This document shows, piece by piece, positions 17,575-28,280 of a stretch of 32,821 nucleotides of DNA. How positions within the stretch are numbered: the stretch's first letter is position 1; the number at the start of each line of letters is the position of its first letter. The notes beneath the pieces were generated by a model. That model did no database searches, was not told where the DNA came from, and saw only the letters and a program-made list of their open reading frames with translations. The DNA is from Fimbriiglobus sp. Its GTDB lineage: Bacteria > Planctomycetota > Planctomycetia > Gemmatales > Gemmataceae. A program made the translations under genes and the position numbers. The stretch lies in the NCBI GenBank assembly GCA_031415915.1, contig JANOSQ010000447.1, forward strand, positions 1 through 32,821. The letters run 5' to 3'.

Positions 17575-18951
17575 ATGCTGCCGTTCGTGCGGACAAGGCT
17601 GTCCGCGATGATGTTTTTGATCTACTTCGCGCTCGGTTCGTGGGGGGTGACCACCGCCACCTTCCTGATGTCCGCCCCGACCAAAGGGGGCCTCAACTTC
17701 ACGACCGAACAAGTCGGTTGGATCTACTCCACGTTCGCCATCGGCGGCATGCTGGCCGCCCCGCTCGTCGGGATTTTGGTCGATCGCCTCTTCCGTGCCG
17801 ACCGCGTGCTGGCCGTCGCCAGCCTGGCCTGCGGGTCATTCCTTCTGCTGGCGAGCGCGTGGTGCGAACGGCACTACCCGGAGATCGACTCCGTCTACGC
17901 GGGCCTCGTCGATGCGGAATCGGCGGACGGGGTTCCGCTCCGCGAGCACCCCGAATTCCGATCCGCCCAACCGCCCGAGGCGGTGAAGGCGGCTTTCGAC
18001 CGCGTCAACGATTCCCCGCCGATGCGCGCCGCGGCGACCCGCGTTTTCACCCCGCTGTTCGCCATCATGCTGGCCCAATCGTTCTGCGCCCAAATCGCGA
18101 TGATCCTCTGCACCGTCATCACCCTGCGCAATCTCCCCGACCCCGGCCACCAGTTCTCGCGCACGCGCATGTTCGGCACCATCGGCTGGGTCGTGGTCGG
18201 CTTGGCGATGGGGGCCATCCTCGAGCCGATCTCGCCCCAGCCTTTCCTCCTCGCGGCCATCGTCAATCTGGTGCTCGGCGTTTACGGCTTCACGCTGCCC
18301 AAGACGCCGCCGAAAGGCCAAGGCAAAACGCTCGGGGAAGCCTTCGGTCTCCCCGCGTTCAAGCTCTTCCGGGATCGCTCGTTCTTGGTCTTCATTCTCG
18401 TCGCGCTCATCACGGCGCAAATGAACCAATTCTACGGCGTCTACGGCCACCGCTTCCTCACCGACATGGGCCTGCCCCGCCCCGAGCGCTGGATGACCAT
18501 CGGGCAAATCCTCGAGATCGGCTGCATGTTCGCCATCCCGCTCTTGAACCCGAAGCGGAACATGAAATGGCTGATGCTGCTCGGCTCGCTCGGCGGCACC
18601 CTGCGCGCGGCGGCGATGATCGGCGGCGACCCGACTTGGATTCTCGCGGTGGGGGTACCGATGCACGGCTGGAGCTTCGCGTTCTACTTCGTGGTCGCCT
18701 CGACGTTCATCGACCGCGAAGCGCCGCCGACACTGCGGGCGAGCGCCCAAGCCATCGCCGCGTTCGTCAGCAGCGGCTTGGGGCCGTGGACGGGCAACCT
18801 CATGGCCTCGGCCGTGGTGGATCACTACCGCGTCGGCCGCACGATCGATTGGCCCGCGGTTTGGATGGCTCCCCTGATCGGGAGCGCGTTCGCATCGGCG
18901 CTGTTTTTGATTTTCTTCCGGACGCCCGCAAAGCCTCAATCCGGAGCGTAA
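17575..18951 (+). CDS. MFS transporter, nucleoside:H+ symporter-like family
   Basis: 458-aa protein with about 12 TM. The N-terminus LSAMMFLIYFALGSWGVTTATFL resembles the NupG/XapB-like MFS subfamily signature. Confidence 0.75.
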   Translation: MLPFVRTRLSAMMFLIYFALGSWGVTTATFLMSAPTKGGLNFTTEQVGWIYSTFAIGGMLAAPLVGILVDRLFRADRVLAVASLACGSFLLLASAWCERHYPEIDSVYAGLVDAESADGVPLREHPEFRSAQPPEAVKAAFDRVNDSPPMRAAATRVFTPLFAIMLAQSFCAQIAMILCTVITLRNLPDPGHQFSRTRMFGTIGWVVVGLAMGAILEPISPQPFLLAAIVNLVLGVYGFTLPKTPPKGQGKTLGEAFGLPAFKLFRDRSFLVFILVALITAQMNQFYGVYGHRFLTDMGLPRPERWMTIGQILEIGCMFAIPLLNPKRNMKWLMLLGSLGGTLRAAAMIGGDPTWILAVGVPMHGWSFAFYFVVASTFIDREAPPTLRASAQAIAAFVSSGLGPWTGNLMASAVVDHYRVGRTIDWPAVWMAPLIGSAFASALFLIFFRTPAKPQSGA

Positions 18952-19697
18952 ATCGTCCGTCCCCCGTCCACGGGCAAGCTGACCCCGGTGATGAAATCGT
19001 TGTCGATGAGGGCGAGCACCGCTTGGGCGATGTTCTTCGGGCTTCCCTCCCGCTTCACGAGCGTGGCGTCGATGGCTTGCTGCCGCTCCGCTGCGGGCAG
19101 GTCGGGCGGCAACATCACGGGGCCGGGGAGGATCGCGTTGACACGGACGTTTGGGTTGCGGGTGCCGAGTTCCACGGCGAAGCTGCGGGTCAGCGTCGTC
19201 ACGGCCCCTTTGCTCGGGAAGTAGGCCGCGTAGCCGAGGTAGGGCCGGACCTCGGCCCAGTCGCCGATGTTCACGATGACCCCGCCGCTCGGCTGGGCCA
19301 CCATTTTCAGGCCGACGTGCTGGCACATGAGGAACGTACCGAGGGCATTGGCGTCGAAATGGGCGCGTACGTCCGTCGCGGTCACGTCTTCGAGCGGCTT
19401 GCGCTGCCAAATCGCGGCCGCATTGACGAGGACATCGACCCGGCCGAAGCGGGCGAACACGGCTTCGACGAGTTTCTTCACGGCCGATTCGTCGGTGAGG
19501 TCGGCTTGAAAACCGGCGACTTCGACGCCGAGAGACACGAAGTTCTCAGCGGTGGCCTGAGCTTCCGCCGCGGATGTGCGGTAGTGTAGGGCGATGGAGT
19601 AGCCCTTGCGGGCGAGGGCCTCTGCGACGGCGGCGCCGACGCGCTTCTTGCCGCTGCCGGTGACGAGTGCGATCGGAACTTCGGGCATGGTTTGCAT
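18936..19697 (-). CDS. SDR family oxidoreductase (pteridine-reductase-like)
   Basis: ALVTGSGKKRVGAAVAEAL (TGxxxxxG), NAAA, and the YFPSK catalytic Yxxx K. There is an alternative ATG at 19688. The 3' end overlaps the MFS gene by 16 nt. Confidence 0.88.
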   Translation of the reverse strand: MQTMPEVPIALVTGSGKKRVGAAVAEALARKGYSIALHYRTSAAEAQATAENFVSLGVEVAGFQADLTDESAVKKLVEAVFARFGRVDVLVNAAAIWQRKPLEDVTATDVRAHFDANALGTFLMCQHVGLKMVAQPSGGVIVNIGDWAEVRPYLGYAAYFPSKGAVTTLTRSFAVELGTRNPNVRVNAILPGPVMLPPDLPAAERQQAIDATLVKREGSPKNIAQAVLALIDNDFITGVSLPVDGGRTIYAPD

Positions 19698-19773
19698 TCC
19701 GTTCGGGTACAGATCTGCGTCGCGAGCCGAATCGCAGCTTGCGCTCGCGGCTCCGACGGAGGGCTTGCGCCAG

Positions 19774-20697
19774 CTACTTGCGGAACTTCGCGGGATCGAC
19801 GGACTCGTGCTTGATGTGCTTGCGGTTGAAGGTGTACGTGATTTCCAAGTTCCCCGATTCGGACGCGATCATCGCCGGGTAGCTGAACTCGCCGACTTCG
19901 GTTTCGAGGTCGTGTACCTTCGCCCAAGTCTTACCGTTGTCGGCGGAGCGGGCCAAGCTGATCGGGGTGCGGAGCAGGGTGCTCGGGTTGTAGATCAGGA
20001 ACAATTCCGACGGGCCGGTGCGGGCCACATCGATGCCCGAACTCGGGTTGAGCAACTCCGTGGCCTCGGCGGGCGTCCACGTCTTGCCCCCGTCTCGGCT
20101 CTCCGATCGGCAGATGCGGCGCGGATCGCTCGACCGCATGAGTGCGACGATGGTCTTCTCGGCCGCGAAGAGCGTCGGTTGAATCTGTCCGAACTTCCCG
20201 GCGACGTTGAACGGGGCGGAGCGCGTCCAAGTTTTTCCGTCGTCGGTCGAGGTGTCGACGTAGGGCGTCCAGCAGTTGTGGCTTTCGAGCGAGGTGCCCG
20301 CGAGGATCGCCTCCCCGACTTGGATCGGCTTCGCCCGCACCGGCCCGTAGAAGCCCGCCGGCATCATCGCGGGCTTGCTCCACGACTTGCCGCCGTCGGC
20401 GGAGGTGCGGACGTAACCCGTCCAGTTGAACGGTTTCGGCCCGGCTTTGTACCAGAGATAGAGCGTGCCTTTGGCCGTCTTGAAGAGCACCGGGTTCCAT
20501 GTCGGCTGGCCCGGTTCGGTACCGACGACTTCGGGTACGCTCCATTTGCCGTCGAAGCGGCTGAGGTAAATTTGGACGTCCTTGGCGCCTTCGTCCTTGC
20601 CGCCGAACCACGCGGCGAGCAGTTTGCCATTCTCGACCTCCACGATGGTGGAGGCGTGGCAACCCGGCGTCGGCGGTTTGTCGAAAATTAGGGGCAT
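19774..20697 (-). CDS. BNR/Asp-box beta-propeller, sialidase-family protein (no signal peptide seen)
   Basis: The start is placed at MPLIFDKPPTPGCHASTIVE. Four Asp-boxes are present: SADGGKSWS, STDDGKTWT, SRDGGKTWT, SADNGKTWA. The upstream 66 codons of the ORF overlap the preceding gene and look non-coding. Confidence 0.85.
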   Translation of the reverse strand: MPLIFDKPPTPGCHASTIVEVENGKLLAAWFGGKDEGAKDVQIYLSRFDGKWSVPEVVGTEPGQPTWNPVLFKTAKGTLYLWYKAGPKPFNWTGYVRTSADGGKSWSKPAMMPAGFYGPVRAKPIQVGEAILAGTSLESHNCWTPYVDTSTDDGKTWTRSAPFNVAGKFGQIQPTLFAAEKTIVALMRSSDPRRICRSESRDGGKTWTPAEATELLNPSSGIDVARTGPSELFLIYNPSTLLRTPISLARSADNGKTWAKVHDLETEVGEFSYPAMIASESGNLEITYTFNRKHIKHESVDPAKFRK

Positions 20698-20702
20698 GGC
20701 GC

Positions 20703-21941
20703 TTATCCTCCGATGACTTCCTGCCGGTCGCTGTCCCAGTAGACGCGTTTGCCCGTGCGGTACGACAGATTCGCCAAGTGGGCCGCGACGATGACCTTGT
20801 GCCCGAGTTCGATCGGCGAGTTCGGCTCCTTGCGGCTCTTGCAGCACTCGAGCCAGTTCTTCACGTGCAACGGCGTCTCGGTTTCGAACTTCCACACGTC
20901 GATGGGTTCGGTGTCCGGGGTGATCTTTTCACCGGTGTTGTACACCCGGATCTCTTTCTCCGCGTCGGCGATCAGGGTCTGCTTGGTCCCGTAGAAGGCC
21001 GCACCGACCCCGTCGGCCCCGTTGATGAACTGGACGTTGAAGCTCGCGGCGAAAGTTCCGTAGTCCCACGTCCCTTGCACCACGTCGGGCGTTTCCCAAT
21101 GCTTGAAGTGGTACCGGCCCCCGTGGGCCATCACGCTCTTCGGGGCGTCGATGCCCCCGAGCCACTGGACCACGTCCAGCTGGTGGGCGCCGATGTCGGT
21201 CATCAGCCCCCCCGCGTAATCCCAGTACCAGCGCCAAGCCCAATAGCGGACGGCGTTGAACTCGCGCTTCGGCGCTTTGCCGAGGAACGCCGCCCAATCG
21301 ACCTGCTTTTCCTGCTCCTTGGTGAAGGTCGCCGGCACGGCGAACGGGTCTTTCTTCACCCAGTTCCGCGTGTCCCATACTTTGGCGAGCACCAAGTTGC
21401 CGAAGTCGTTGCTCTCGATGACATCCCGGCAGCGGCGCCAATGCGGCCCGCTGTGGCGCTGGTTGCCGACTTGGACGATGCACTTCGTCTTCCGCGCGGC
21501 GTCGATCATCTCCTTACCTTCTTCGATCGATTTCGTCAGCGGCTTTTCGATGTACGCATCCTTGCCCGCGCCGACCGCCGCGATCAGCATGTCGCGGTGG
21601 TGGTGATCGGGCGTGGCGATGACCACGGCGTCGAGGTCGGTGTGATCGAACAACTTGCGGAAGTCGGAGTATTCCTTGGCGGCTTCTTTTTGATCGGTGA
21701 GGGCGATGATCTTGGCGACGTCGTTGAGGCGAAACTCGGCGATGTCGCAGGTGGCGACGACGTTGTGCTTGAGCTTCAGCACCTCGCGGATGAGCGACTT
21801 TCCGCGGTTGCCGCAACCGATGAGGCCGACGTTGAGTTTCTCGTTCGCGTCGGCGGCTCGGATCGACGGCAGTGCGATCGCGGCGGCGCCGACGGCCGCG
21901 GAAGTTTGCAGGAACGACCGGCGCGACGGCGACTCGGACAC
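20703..21941 (-). CDS. Gfo/Idh/MocA family oxidoreductase with a twin-arginine (TAT) signal
   Basis: A GTG at 21941, preceded by GAGGGG, gives MSESPSRRSFLQTSAAVGAAAIALPS. Rossmann motif LNVGLIGCGNRGKS. The ORF extends to a TTG at 22007, so the start is uncertain. Confidence 0.88.
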   Translation of the reverse strand: MSESPSRRSFLQTSAAVGAAAIALPSIRAADANEKLNVGLIGCGNRGKSLIREVLKLKHNVVATCDIAEFRLNDVAKIIALTDQKEAAKEYSDFRKLFDHTDLDAVVIATPDHHHRDMLIAAVGAGKDAYIEKPLTKSIEEGKEMIDAARKTKCIVQVGNQRHSGPHWRRCRDVIESNDFGNLVLAKVWDTRNWVKKDPFAVPATFTKEQEKQVDWAAFLGKAPKREFNAVRYWAWRWYWDYAGGLMTDIGAHQLDVVQWLGGIDAPKSVMAHGGRYHFKHWETPDVVQGTWDYGTFAASFNVQFINGADGVGAAFYGTKQTLIADAEKEIRVYNTGEKITPDTEPIDVWKFETETPLHVKNWLECCKSRKEPNSPIELGHKVIVAAHLANLSYRTGKRVYWDSDRQEVIGG

Positions 21942-22074
21942 GGCAGGCCCCTCGGAGACACTGGAGACGCCGTTATCATACCGGAGGGGAACAATGCGGT
22001 GAAGCAAATGGTTCCGTAGGTCACGCTCGGGGTGTCGCGGTGAAGCACCGAGAATCTTGGTCGGGCTCTCCGAC

Positions 22075-23490
22075 TCACCCCGCGATCGGCAGCACGTTCC
22101 CGTGGACGTCGGTCAGGCGGAAGTCGCGGCCGCCGTAGCGGAAGGTGAGTTTCTCGTGGTTCACGCCGAGTTGGTGCAGCACGGTGGCCCAGAGGTCGTA
22201 GACGGTGCACTTGTTTTCGACGGCGTAGTAGCCGAGGTCATCGGTCGCACCGTAGATGCTGCCGCCCTTGACCCCGCCGCCGGCCAGCCAGACGCTGAAG
22301 CCCATCGGGTTGTGATCGCGTCCGTTGCCCCCTTGGGAGAACGGCGTGCGGCCGAACTCCCCGGCCCAGACAATCAGCGTGTCGTCCAGCAGCCCTTTCG
22401 CTTTCAAATCCGAGATGAGCGCCGCGATGGGCTGATCGACTTGCAGGGCCATCGCCGCATGGCCCTTCTGCAAGTCGCCGTGCTGGTCCCACGGGTTCGC
22501 CGCGCCGCCCGCGCCGATGCCTTGCGTCAGGCAACTGAGTTCGACGAATCGGACGCCGCGCTCGACGAGCCGCCGGGCGAGCAAACACTGCCGGGCGTAA
22601 GCGGCCAACTCGGGATTCTTGGAATCGATGCCATAGAGCTTCTGCGTCGCCGCCGATTCGCCGGAGATGTCGCACAACTCCGGCACGGCGACCTGCATCC
22701 GGTATGCGGTCTCCGAATTGCGGATGGCCGCGTCGATTTGAGGATCGGCGGTCTCTTCCAAGAGGTTTTTGTCGAACTTCTGGATGAAGTCGAGCCGGCG
22801 GCGCTGGGCCCCTTTCGGATCGGTCGGGCGGATGTTGCGGATCGCTTCGGGCGCATCGGCCTTCAGGATCGAGCCTTGGTGCTGCGCGGGCAGAAAGCCG
22901 TTGCTGAACAGGCTGACGCCGCCGTGCGGGGCGACCGCGTGGCCGCTCTGGAGCACGACGTAGCCCGGCAGTTCCTGGCTCTCGCTGCCGAGGCCGTAGG
23001 CCGTCCACGCGCCCGCAGTCGGGTAGCCCATGATCGGGAAGCCGCTGTGCATAAAGAAGTTCGCTTGGGCGTGTTCGTTCACCGGCGAGGTCATCGAGCG
23101 GATCAACGCGAGTTCGTCGGCGACTTTCGCGATGTGCGGAAACATCGTGCTGACGGGCATCCCGCACTTGCCCGCCGGGGCGAACTGGAACGGGCTGGCC
23201 ATGATGTTGCCGTTGTTGTTGAACATCGTCCGCTCGACCTTCACCGGCATCGGCTTGCCGTGATCCTTGGCCAAGCGCGGCTTCGGGTCGAACGAATCAA
23301 CGTGCGACACCCCGCCGGACATGAAGCAGAAGATGACGCGCTTCGCCTTGGCCGGGTGGTGCGTCATCTTCAACGCGGCACCTTTGGGCAAGTCGGCGCG
23401 GGCGGCATCGGTGAATAAAGCGTTGAGCGCGACCGCGCCGAACCCGGTCGAGCAGGTTTGCAGCATCCGCCGGCGGGACATGGGGAGCAT
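22075..23490 (-). CDS. DUF1501 domain protein (sulfatase/alkaline-phosphatase fold) with a TAT-like signal
   Basis: [22 protein letters not shown], ...[18 protein letters not shown]..., ...GRDHNP.GFS.WLAGGG.KGG are typical DUF1501 blocks. The gene starts 6 nt after the PSD1 stop. There is an alternative ATG at 23481. Confidence 0.88.
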   Translation of the reverse strand: MLPMSRRRMLQTCSTGFGAVALNALFTDAARADLPKGAALKMTHHPAKAKRVIFCFMSGGVSHVDSFDPKPRLAKDHGKPMPVKVERTMFNNNGNIMASPFQFAPAGKCGMPVSTMFPHIAKVADELALIRSMTSPVNEHAQANFFMHSGFPIMGYPTAGAWTAYGLGSESQELPGYVVLQSGHAVAPHGGVSLFSNGFLPAQHQGSILKADAPEAIRNIRPTDPKGAQRRRLDFIQKFDKNLLEETADPQIDAAIRNSETAYRMQVAVPELCDISGESAATQKLYGIDSKNPELAAYARQCLLARRLVERGVRFVELSCLTQGIGAGGAANPWDQHGDLQKGHAAMALQVDQPIAALISDLKAKGLLDDTLIVWAGEFGRTPFSQGGNGRDHNPMGFSVWLAGGGVKGGSIYGATDDLGYYAVENKCTVYDLWATVLHQLGVNHEKLTFRYGGRDFRLTDVHGNVLPIAG

Positions 23491-23496
23491 GGTGGC

Positions 23497-26400
23497 CTAC
23501 TTGATGTAAATGAACTCTTTGAATCCGAAGACCGCCCGGGCGAGATCGCCCCATGCGGCGCGGTCGTCGAGCGCCGCCGGGATCGGCCCGAGCGCTTGCA
23601 ACTCCGTTTCGAGGGCGGCGATTCGCTTCTTCGCTACAAGTGCTTTCTCGCGGTCGGCCGGGGTGAGCGCTGCGAGGATTTTGGATTCCGGAATCGACCC
23701 CGAAACCGCGTTCGACGACGCGAGCACTTCCTCCGCTGACAGGGCCTTGTCATAGAGCCGGGCCCGCACGATTCGACCCGCGAGAACTTTGTTCCCGCCG
23801 GCCGGGGAATGGCGGATGCCGAAGCCGATGACCGCTTCCCCCGCCTTGAACTCTTGTACGCCGGTACTCTTGTAGCCCTTGCCGTAGGCCAGCCCATCGC
23901 GGTAGGCGACGATCGTGCCGTCGGCGTGGTACGCGATGGCCAAGTGGACGACGCGTAACGCATCGGTTTCTTTGGGCGCTTGGAACGATTGAGTCCGTTG
24001 GAAGAAGTTGCTCCCGGCGACCCACTGGCCCGCGTCTTTCTCGCCGAAGACGATGGCGTCGAACACCGAGCCGTCCTTGGTTTGGATGGTCATCGCCGCG
24101 CCGCCGGCTTGGTCGAGCCCGTCGAGTTGCACCCACGCTTCCAGCGTCTTCGCGCGGATCGAATTGGAAAGCGGAGCGGTGAGAACGTGGGCCTGACCGC
24201 CCACGTTCAATGCTCCGTCTTTGAGTTTGGCATCCCCGACGGCTTCGCCGTGCAGCGTGCCGGCGACGTCCTTCAACGTGTGTTGGAAGTCCCACTTCGC
24301 AATCGCTTTCGGCAACGCCTTATCATCGACGACGGGCTTCACCTTCGCTTCTTTCTCCAAGCGAGCCCGCGTCGGTTCGAGTAGCTCGCGCACCCTCTTT
24401 TGCTCCGAATCGATCTCGGCCCGGAGTTCCGCCGACTGGAGCGCGAGCTTCCCGTGCCCCGCCTTCAGTTCCGCGATGTAGTCGCGGAACGCCGCCAGTT
24501 CCGAGGGTGTCGCCGGCCGGCCGAGGGCGGTTTGAACCAAGCCATTCAACCGCAGTTCCTCGGTCGGAAGTTTCGGATCGGCGAGGATTCGGTCCGCCCA
24601 ATTCGAAGCGAGCGCCGCGACGCGGGGATCGTTCATCAGCGTCAGCGACTGGGCGGGGACGTTGGTCACATCGCGGCGGCCGGTGGTGCTGAACGGCTCG
24701 GGGAAATCGAAGGCCCGCAAGAACGGATCGAGGGCCGTCCGCTGCACGCGCACGTACAGACTCCGCCGATCCGAGTTCCCGCCGACGGGCGCCCCGTAGA
24801 GATCGCGATTCAGCGTGCCGCTCACGGCCAAAAGAGCATCGCGGATCGACTCGGCTTCGAGCCGCCGGAGGATCGCATGGGAGAACCAGCGATTGTCCGG
24901 GTCGTGTTGCCGGGCTTCTTTCGTCGGGTTCGACGCGAGCTGCCACGTTTTGGAGGTCACGAGGAATCGCAGGGTGTCTTTGATCGACCAACCCTTATCG
25001 ACGAACCGCGTCGCCAGGAAATCGAGTAGCTCGGGGTGCGTCGGTTCGATCCCGAGCCGGCCGAAGTTGTCGGGCGTCGGCACGATCCCCCGGCCGAAGG
25101 CGTGGTGCCAGAGCCGGTTGATGATGACGCGCTTCGTGAACGGATTCTTGTCGCTCAACAAATCCTCGGCGAGTTGCAATCGGCCCGAACCTTCCCCCTT
25201 GTAGGGCGTGGCGTCGATGGCTTCCAAGAAGCGCCGTGGCACCTCGGCCTTCGGCCGCTTGTGATCGCCGCGGTCGAAGAGAGGTTGATTGCGAACGACG
25301 CCTTCCATCAACCCCGGCACCCGCGTCGGCACGGCGATCTCGGCTTCGAGCTTGCGGTACTCTTCGATGAGGGGTTTGACGGTTTTCAACTCGGTGAGCT
25401 TGTTCGGCAGCAATCCTTCTTCGATGCACTTCGCCAAAAGCGCTGCTTGGGCATCGTCCAACGTGCCGGACTGCCAATCTTTCACGGCCTGCACGATGGC
25501 TCGGCCATATTGCTCGGCGAAATCCGCACTCGATTTCGGTGCCGCGGTTTCAAACTCTTGCAAGACGATGCCGAGGTATTCGGGCAACTCCGGAGGCCCC
25601 TTGGAACCTTTCTGCAGAACCACCGCTTCGCGGATGCCGAACCACGATCGCGGCGAACCTGATACCATCGCCGGCGCATCCAGCGACGCGGCCAATTCGA
25701 TGTGGATTTCGTCGCCGGTCCAGTAGCTCACGTCGAACTTCTGCCAGCGCCAGCCCGGTGCGAGTTTGATGCCGGGCGAAGCGGCCGCACCGAGCGGATA
25801 GTCTTGGACGGCGTACCGCAGTGTCGCCCCGCCGTCGCCGAGCACCCGCAGCCACAATTCGGAATCGCCCGCGAGTTTGATGCCGGGGGACTCGAACCGC
25901 GCCGCGTGCTTCGTGGACAACCCGTGGGAGTAAACCCCGGCCGGATAGATCCCCACGAGCGCCGAATCACCCGATGGGGCGACGGCGAACTCCCCGGCCG
26001 GCGTCGGTCTTTGGGATAGCCCGACCCCTTGTCGGAACCAAGTTGTGGCGTCAGCTCTTTGGAATAGCGACCAACGTTTCAGCGCTCTCTGCCGGATGAA
26101 TTCGTCGGACAGGTTGCGGTCTTTCTCCCGTTCGCGCATCATCCGATTCCAAACCTCGCGGAACTTCGCATCGTCGCCCTCGGCGGCCCGGAACTGGTGG
26201 AGCGAGTGCAACAGAGCCGTCGGTTTGTCCGCGAGTTTCACGGGGCCGTTGGGGTCGGTTAACGTTTTCTTCAACCCGTCTGTGGCGGCCAGCCAGTCCG
26301 ACGCGATGGCCGCGCGGATTTTCGATTTGAGAGCCTCCATCTCCGCTTTGTTCCGGTTCAACTTGTCCGGACTGTCCACGGCCGCGCGCCCGGGTCGGTT

Positions 26401-27543
26401 GGAGGCGAGGACACCGAACAAAGCGTAATAATCCTTGTGGCTGATGGCATCGAACTTGTGATCGTGGCAGCGGGCGCACGAGACCGTGAGCCCGAGGAAT
26501 GCCTTCGAGAACGTGTTGATCTGGTCGTCGATGAAGCGGACTTTTTCTTCGAGGGCGTCCGTCGGTGCGAAGCCGTGGAACACCATTCGCCAATGGGCGG
26601 GGCCGATGGCCGATTCGTTGAGTTCGAGCTTCTTGTCGATGCGCGGGTTCTTCAACAAGTCCCCGGCGACGTGCTCACGCACCAGTTGGTCGTAGGGCAC
26701 ATCGGCGTTGAGCGCGCGGATGAGGTAGTCGCGGTAGTGCCACGCGCCGGCGATGTCCGGGTCGCCTTCCGAGCCGTGCGAATCGGCGTAGCGCGTCCAG
26801 TCCATCCAGTGCCTAGCCCAATGCTCGCCGAAATGCGGACTGCCGAGCAGGCGTTCGACCAATTCAATGTAACCCCCCGCGGTCTTCAAACGGAGCGTCC
26901 ACTTCTCCATTTCTGCGGGGGTCGGCGGCAAGCCGATCAAGGTGAAATAGAGCCGGCGAATCAGGGTGGTCTCGTCGGCACTCGCTCCCGGCTCGAGCTT
27001 GTGTTCGGTCAACTTCGACCCGACGAATCGATCGACCGGATGATCCGACCACTTCGAATCGGGCGGCACCGGGTTGCGGATCGGTTGAAAACTCCACCAC
27101 TTCTTCCGCACTTCGAGCGTCGTCTCCCACGAGGTCGCTTTCGTCAACTCCTCGGCGGTCGGCGGTTTGTCGCGCGGGTCGGGCATCCCCAAGCGAACCC
27201 ACTTCTCGAAATCCGCGATCACCGCTTTGTCGAGCTTCGGCCCGTTTTTCGGCATCGCCTTGCCGTCGAGCTCGTGCTTCAGCACCGCGATCAACCGGCT
27301 CTTCTCCGGCTTCCCGGCCACCGCGATCACCCCTTCGGATCCGCCCTTCAGAGTCGAAGCGCGATCGTCGAGGGCAAGCCCGCCCTTCGCGGTCTTGGCG
27401 GAGTTGTGGCAAGCGTAGCAATGCTCGACGAGCACCGGCCGAATCTTGGCTTCGAAAAACTCGATGTCGGCCGGCTCGGCCGCGCGGATGTGGTTCGAAA
27501 TTGAGAGCGCGAGCAGGAGGGCGAAAGAACGAACGGAGAGCAT
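23497..27543 (-). CDS. PSCyt1/PSCyt2(DUF1549)/PSD1(DUF1553) family protein with a LamG (concanavalin-A-like) domain
   Basis: ATG 27543 is preceded by GAGGT and gives the signal peptide [27 protein letters not shown] lies at 27406-27420 and [11 protein letters not shown] at 26464-26478. DUF1553-type blocks are present ([20 protein letters not shown]). The LamG-like segment is at 23725-24294, and the protein ends in the family-typical KEFIYIK tail. Confidence 0.9.
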   Translation of the reverse strand: MLSVRSFALLLALSISNHIRAAEPADIEFFEAKIRPVLVEHCYACHNSAKTAKGGLALDDRASTLKGGSEGVIAVAGKPEKSRLIAVLKHELDGKAMPKNGPKLDKAVIADFEKWVRLGMPDPRDKPPTAEELTKATSWETTLEVRKKWWSFQPIRNPVPPDSKWSDHPVDRFVGSKLTEHKLEPGASADETTLIRRLYFTLIGLPPTPAEMEKWTLRLKTAGGYIELVERLLGSPHFGEHWARHWMDWTRYADSHGSEGDPDIAGAWHYRDYLIRALNADVPYDQLVREHVAGDLLKNPRIDKKLELNESAIGPAHWRMVFHGFAPTDALEEKVRFIDDQINTFSKAFLGLTVSCARCHDHKFDAISHKDYYALFGVLASNRPGRAAVDSPDKLNRNKAEMEALKSKIRAAIASDWLAATDGLKKTLTDPNGPVKLADKPTALLHSLHQFRAAEGDDAKFREVWNRMMREREKDRNLSDEFIRQRALKRWSLFQRADATTWFRQGVGLSQRPTPAGEFAVAPSGDSALVGIYPAGVYSHGLSTKHAARFESPGIKLAGDSELWLRVLGDGGATLRYAVQDYPLGAAASPGIKLAPGWRWQKFDVSYWTGDEIHIELAASLDAPAMVSGSPRSWFGIREAVVLQKGSKGPPELPEYLGIVLQEFETAAPKSSADFAEQYGRAIVQAVKDWQSGTLDDAQAALLAKCIEEGLLPNKLTELKTVKPLIEEYRKLEAEIAVPTRVPGLMEGVVRNQPLFDRGDHKRPKAEVPRRFLEAIDATPYKGEGSGRLQLAEDLLSDKNPFTKRVIINRLWHHAFGRGIVPTPDNFGRLGIEPTHPELLDFLATRFVDKGWSIKDTLRFLVTSKTWQLASNPTKEARQHDPDNRWFSHAILRRLEAESIRDALLAVSGTLNRDLYGAPVGGNSDRRSLYVRVQRTALDPFLRAFDFPEPFSTTGRRDVTNVPAQSLTLMNDPRVAALASNWADRILADPKLPTEELRLNGLVQTALGRPATPSELAAFRDYIAELKAGHGKLALQSAELRAEIDSEQKRVRELLEPTRARLEKEAKVKPVVDDKALPKAIAKWDFQHTLKDVAGTLHGEAVGDAKLKDGALNVGGQAHVLTAPLSNSIRAKTLEAWVQLDGLDQAGGAAMTIQTKDGSVFDAIVFGEKDAGQWVAGSNFFQRTQSFQAPKETDALRVVHLAIAYHADGTIVAYRDGLAYGKGYKSTGVQEFKAGEAVIGFGIRHSPAGGNKVLAGRIVRARLYDKALSAEEVLASSNAVSGSIPESKILAALTPADREKALVAKKRIAALETELQALGPIPAALDDRAAWGDLARAVFGFKEFIYIK

Positions 27544-27557
27544 CGGCGGAACCTCGG

Positions 27558-28280
27558 TCAACGTGGCGGCGACTCACCCGACTCGCCGCAGATCAGCATA
27601 CCTCCAACCGCGTCCATCCCCAACAGGGCAGCCCGAGCCTCGTCCGGCGTCGCCTGCAAGCCGATCCCCCGCTCCACCGCGAATGGCCCGACGCGGGTTC
27701 GCCGGAGCGACTGCACCAATCCGCCGACCCCCAATGCCGCGCCGAGATCGCGGGCGATGCTGCGGATGTACGTCCCTTTGCCGCAGTCGATGGACAGATC
27801 GAGCCAAGGCCAATCGTAACCGCGAAGCTCGATCGAATCGACGCGGATCGGCCGCGGTTGCAGGGTGACCGCGACCCCGTTCCGGGCGAGATCGTAAGCC
27901 CGCCGGCCCTGCACTTTCAACGCGGAGTACTGCGGGGGAAGTTGCTGGATGACCCCGATGAATTTCCGAAGCTCGTTTCGTACCGATTCGAGCGCCGGAG
28001 CGGTCGCCTCCGGCGATTCCACGATTTGCCCATCGGCGTCGTCCGTGTCGCTCGTCGCCCCGAGCCGGATGCGGGTCTCGTATCGCTTCGGCATGGCTTG
28101 AACGCGCTCGGCGAGTTTCGTCGCCGAGCCGACGCAGAGCACGAGCACGCCCGTGGCGAGCGGGTCGAGCGTCCCCGTGTGGCCGATCTTCGTGCGGCGC
28201 GGGAACCAGAGTTGGGCCCGATTCACCGCGTCCCGCGAGGTCATCCCGCCCGGCTTGTCGATCACGAGGAATCCGTTCAT
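27558..28280 (-). CDS. truB: tRNA pseudouridine(55) synthase
   Basis: The start is placed at [36 protein letters not shown] contains the catalytic Asp. The 132 Arg/Pro-rich codons further upstream in the ORF overlap the GNAT gene and are not credible coding sequence. Confidence 0.92.
   Translation of the reverse strand: MNGFLVIDKPGGMTSRDAVNRAQLWFPRRTKIGHTGTLDPLATGVLVLCVGSATKLAERVQAMPKRYETRIRLGATSDTDDADGQIVESPEATAPALESVRNELRKFIGVIQQLPPQYSALKVQGRRAYDLARNGVAVTLQPRPIRVDSIELRGYDWPWLDLSIDCGKGTYIRSIARDLGAALGVGGLVQSLRRTRVGPFAVERGIGLQATPDEARAALLGMDAVGGMLICGESGESPPR

Noticed and set aside
14066-17596. 1176-aa ORF on the minus strand, antisense to the sensor kinase
   Set aside because: It is Arg/Gly/Pro/Asp-rich low-complexity translation with no motifs. 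It lies exactly opposite a gene with strong PAS/HisKA/HATPase/REC homology. This is the classic stop-codon-poor antisense frame of GC-rich DNA.
17511-19589. 692-aa plus-strand ORF and 524-aa minus-strand ORF (17836-19410) over the MFS and SDR genes
   Set aside because: Both are alternative frames of genes with clear family signatures. They are low-complexity Arg/Pro/Gly-rich translations.
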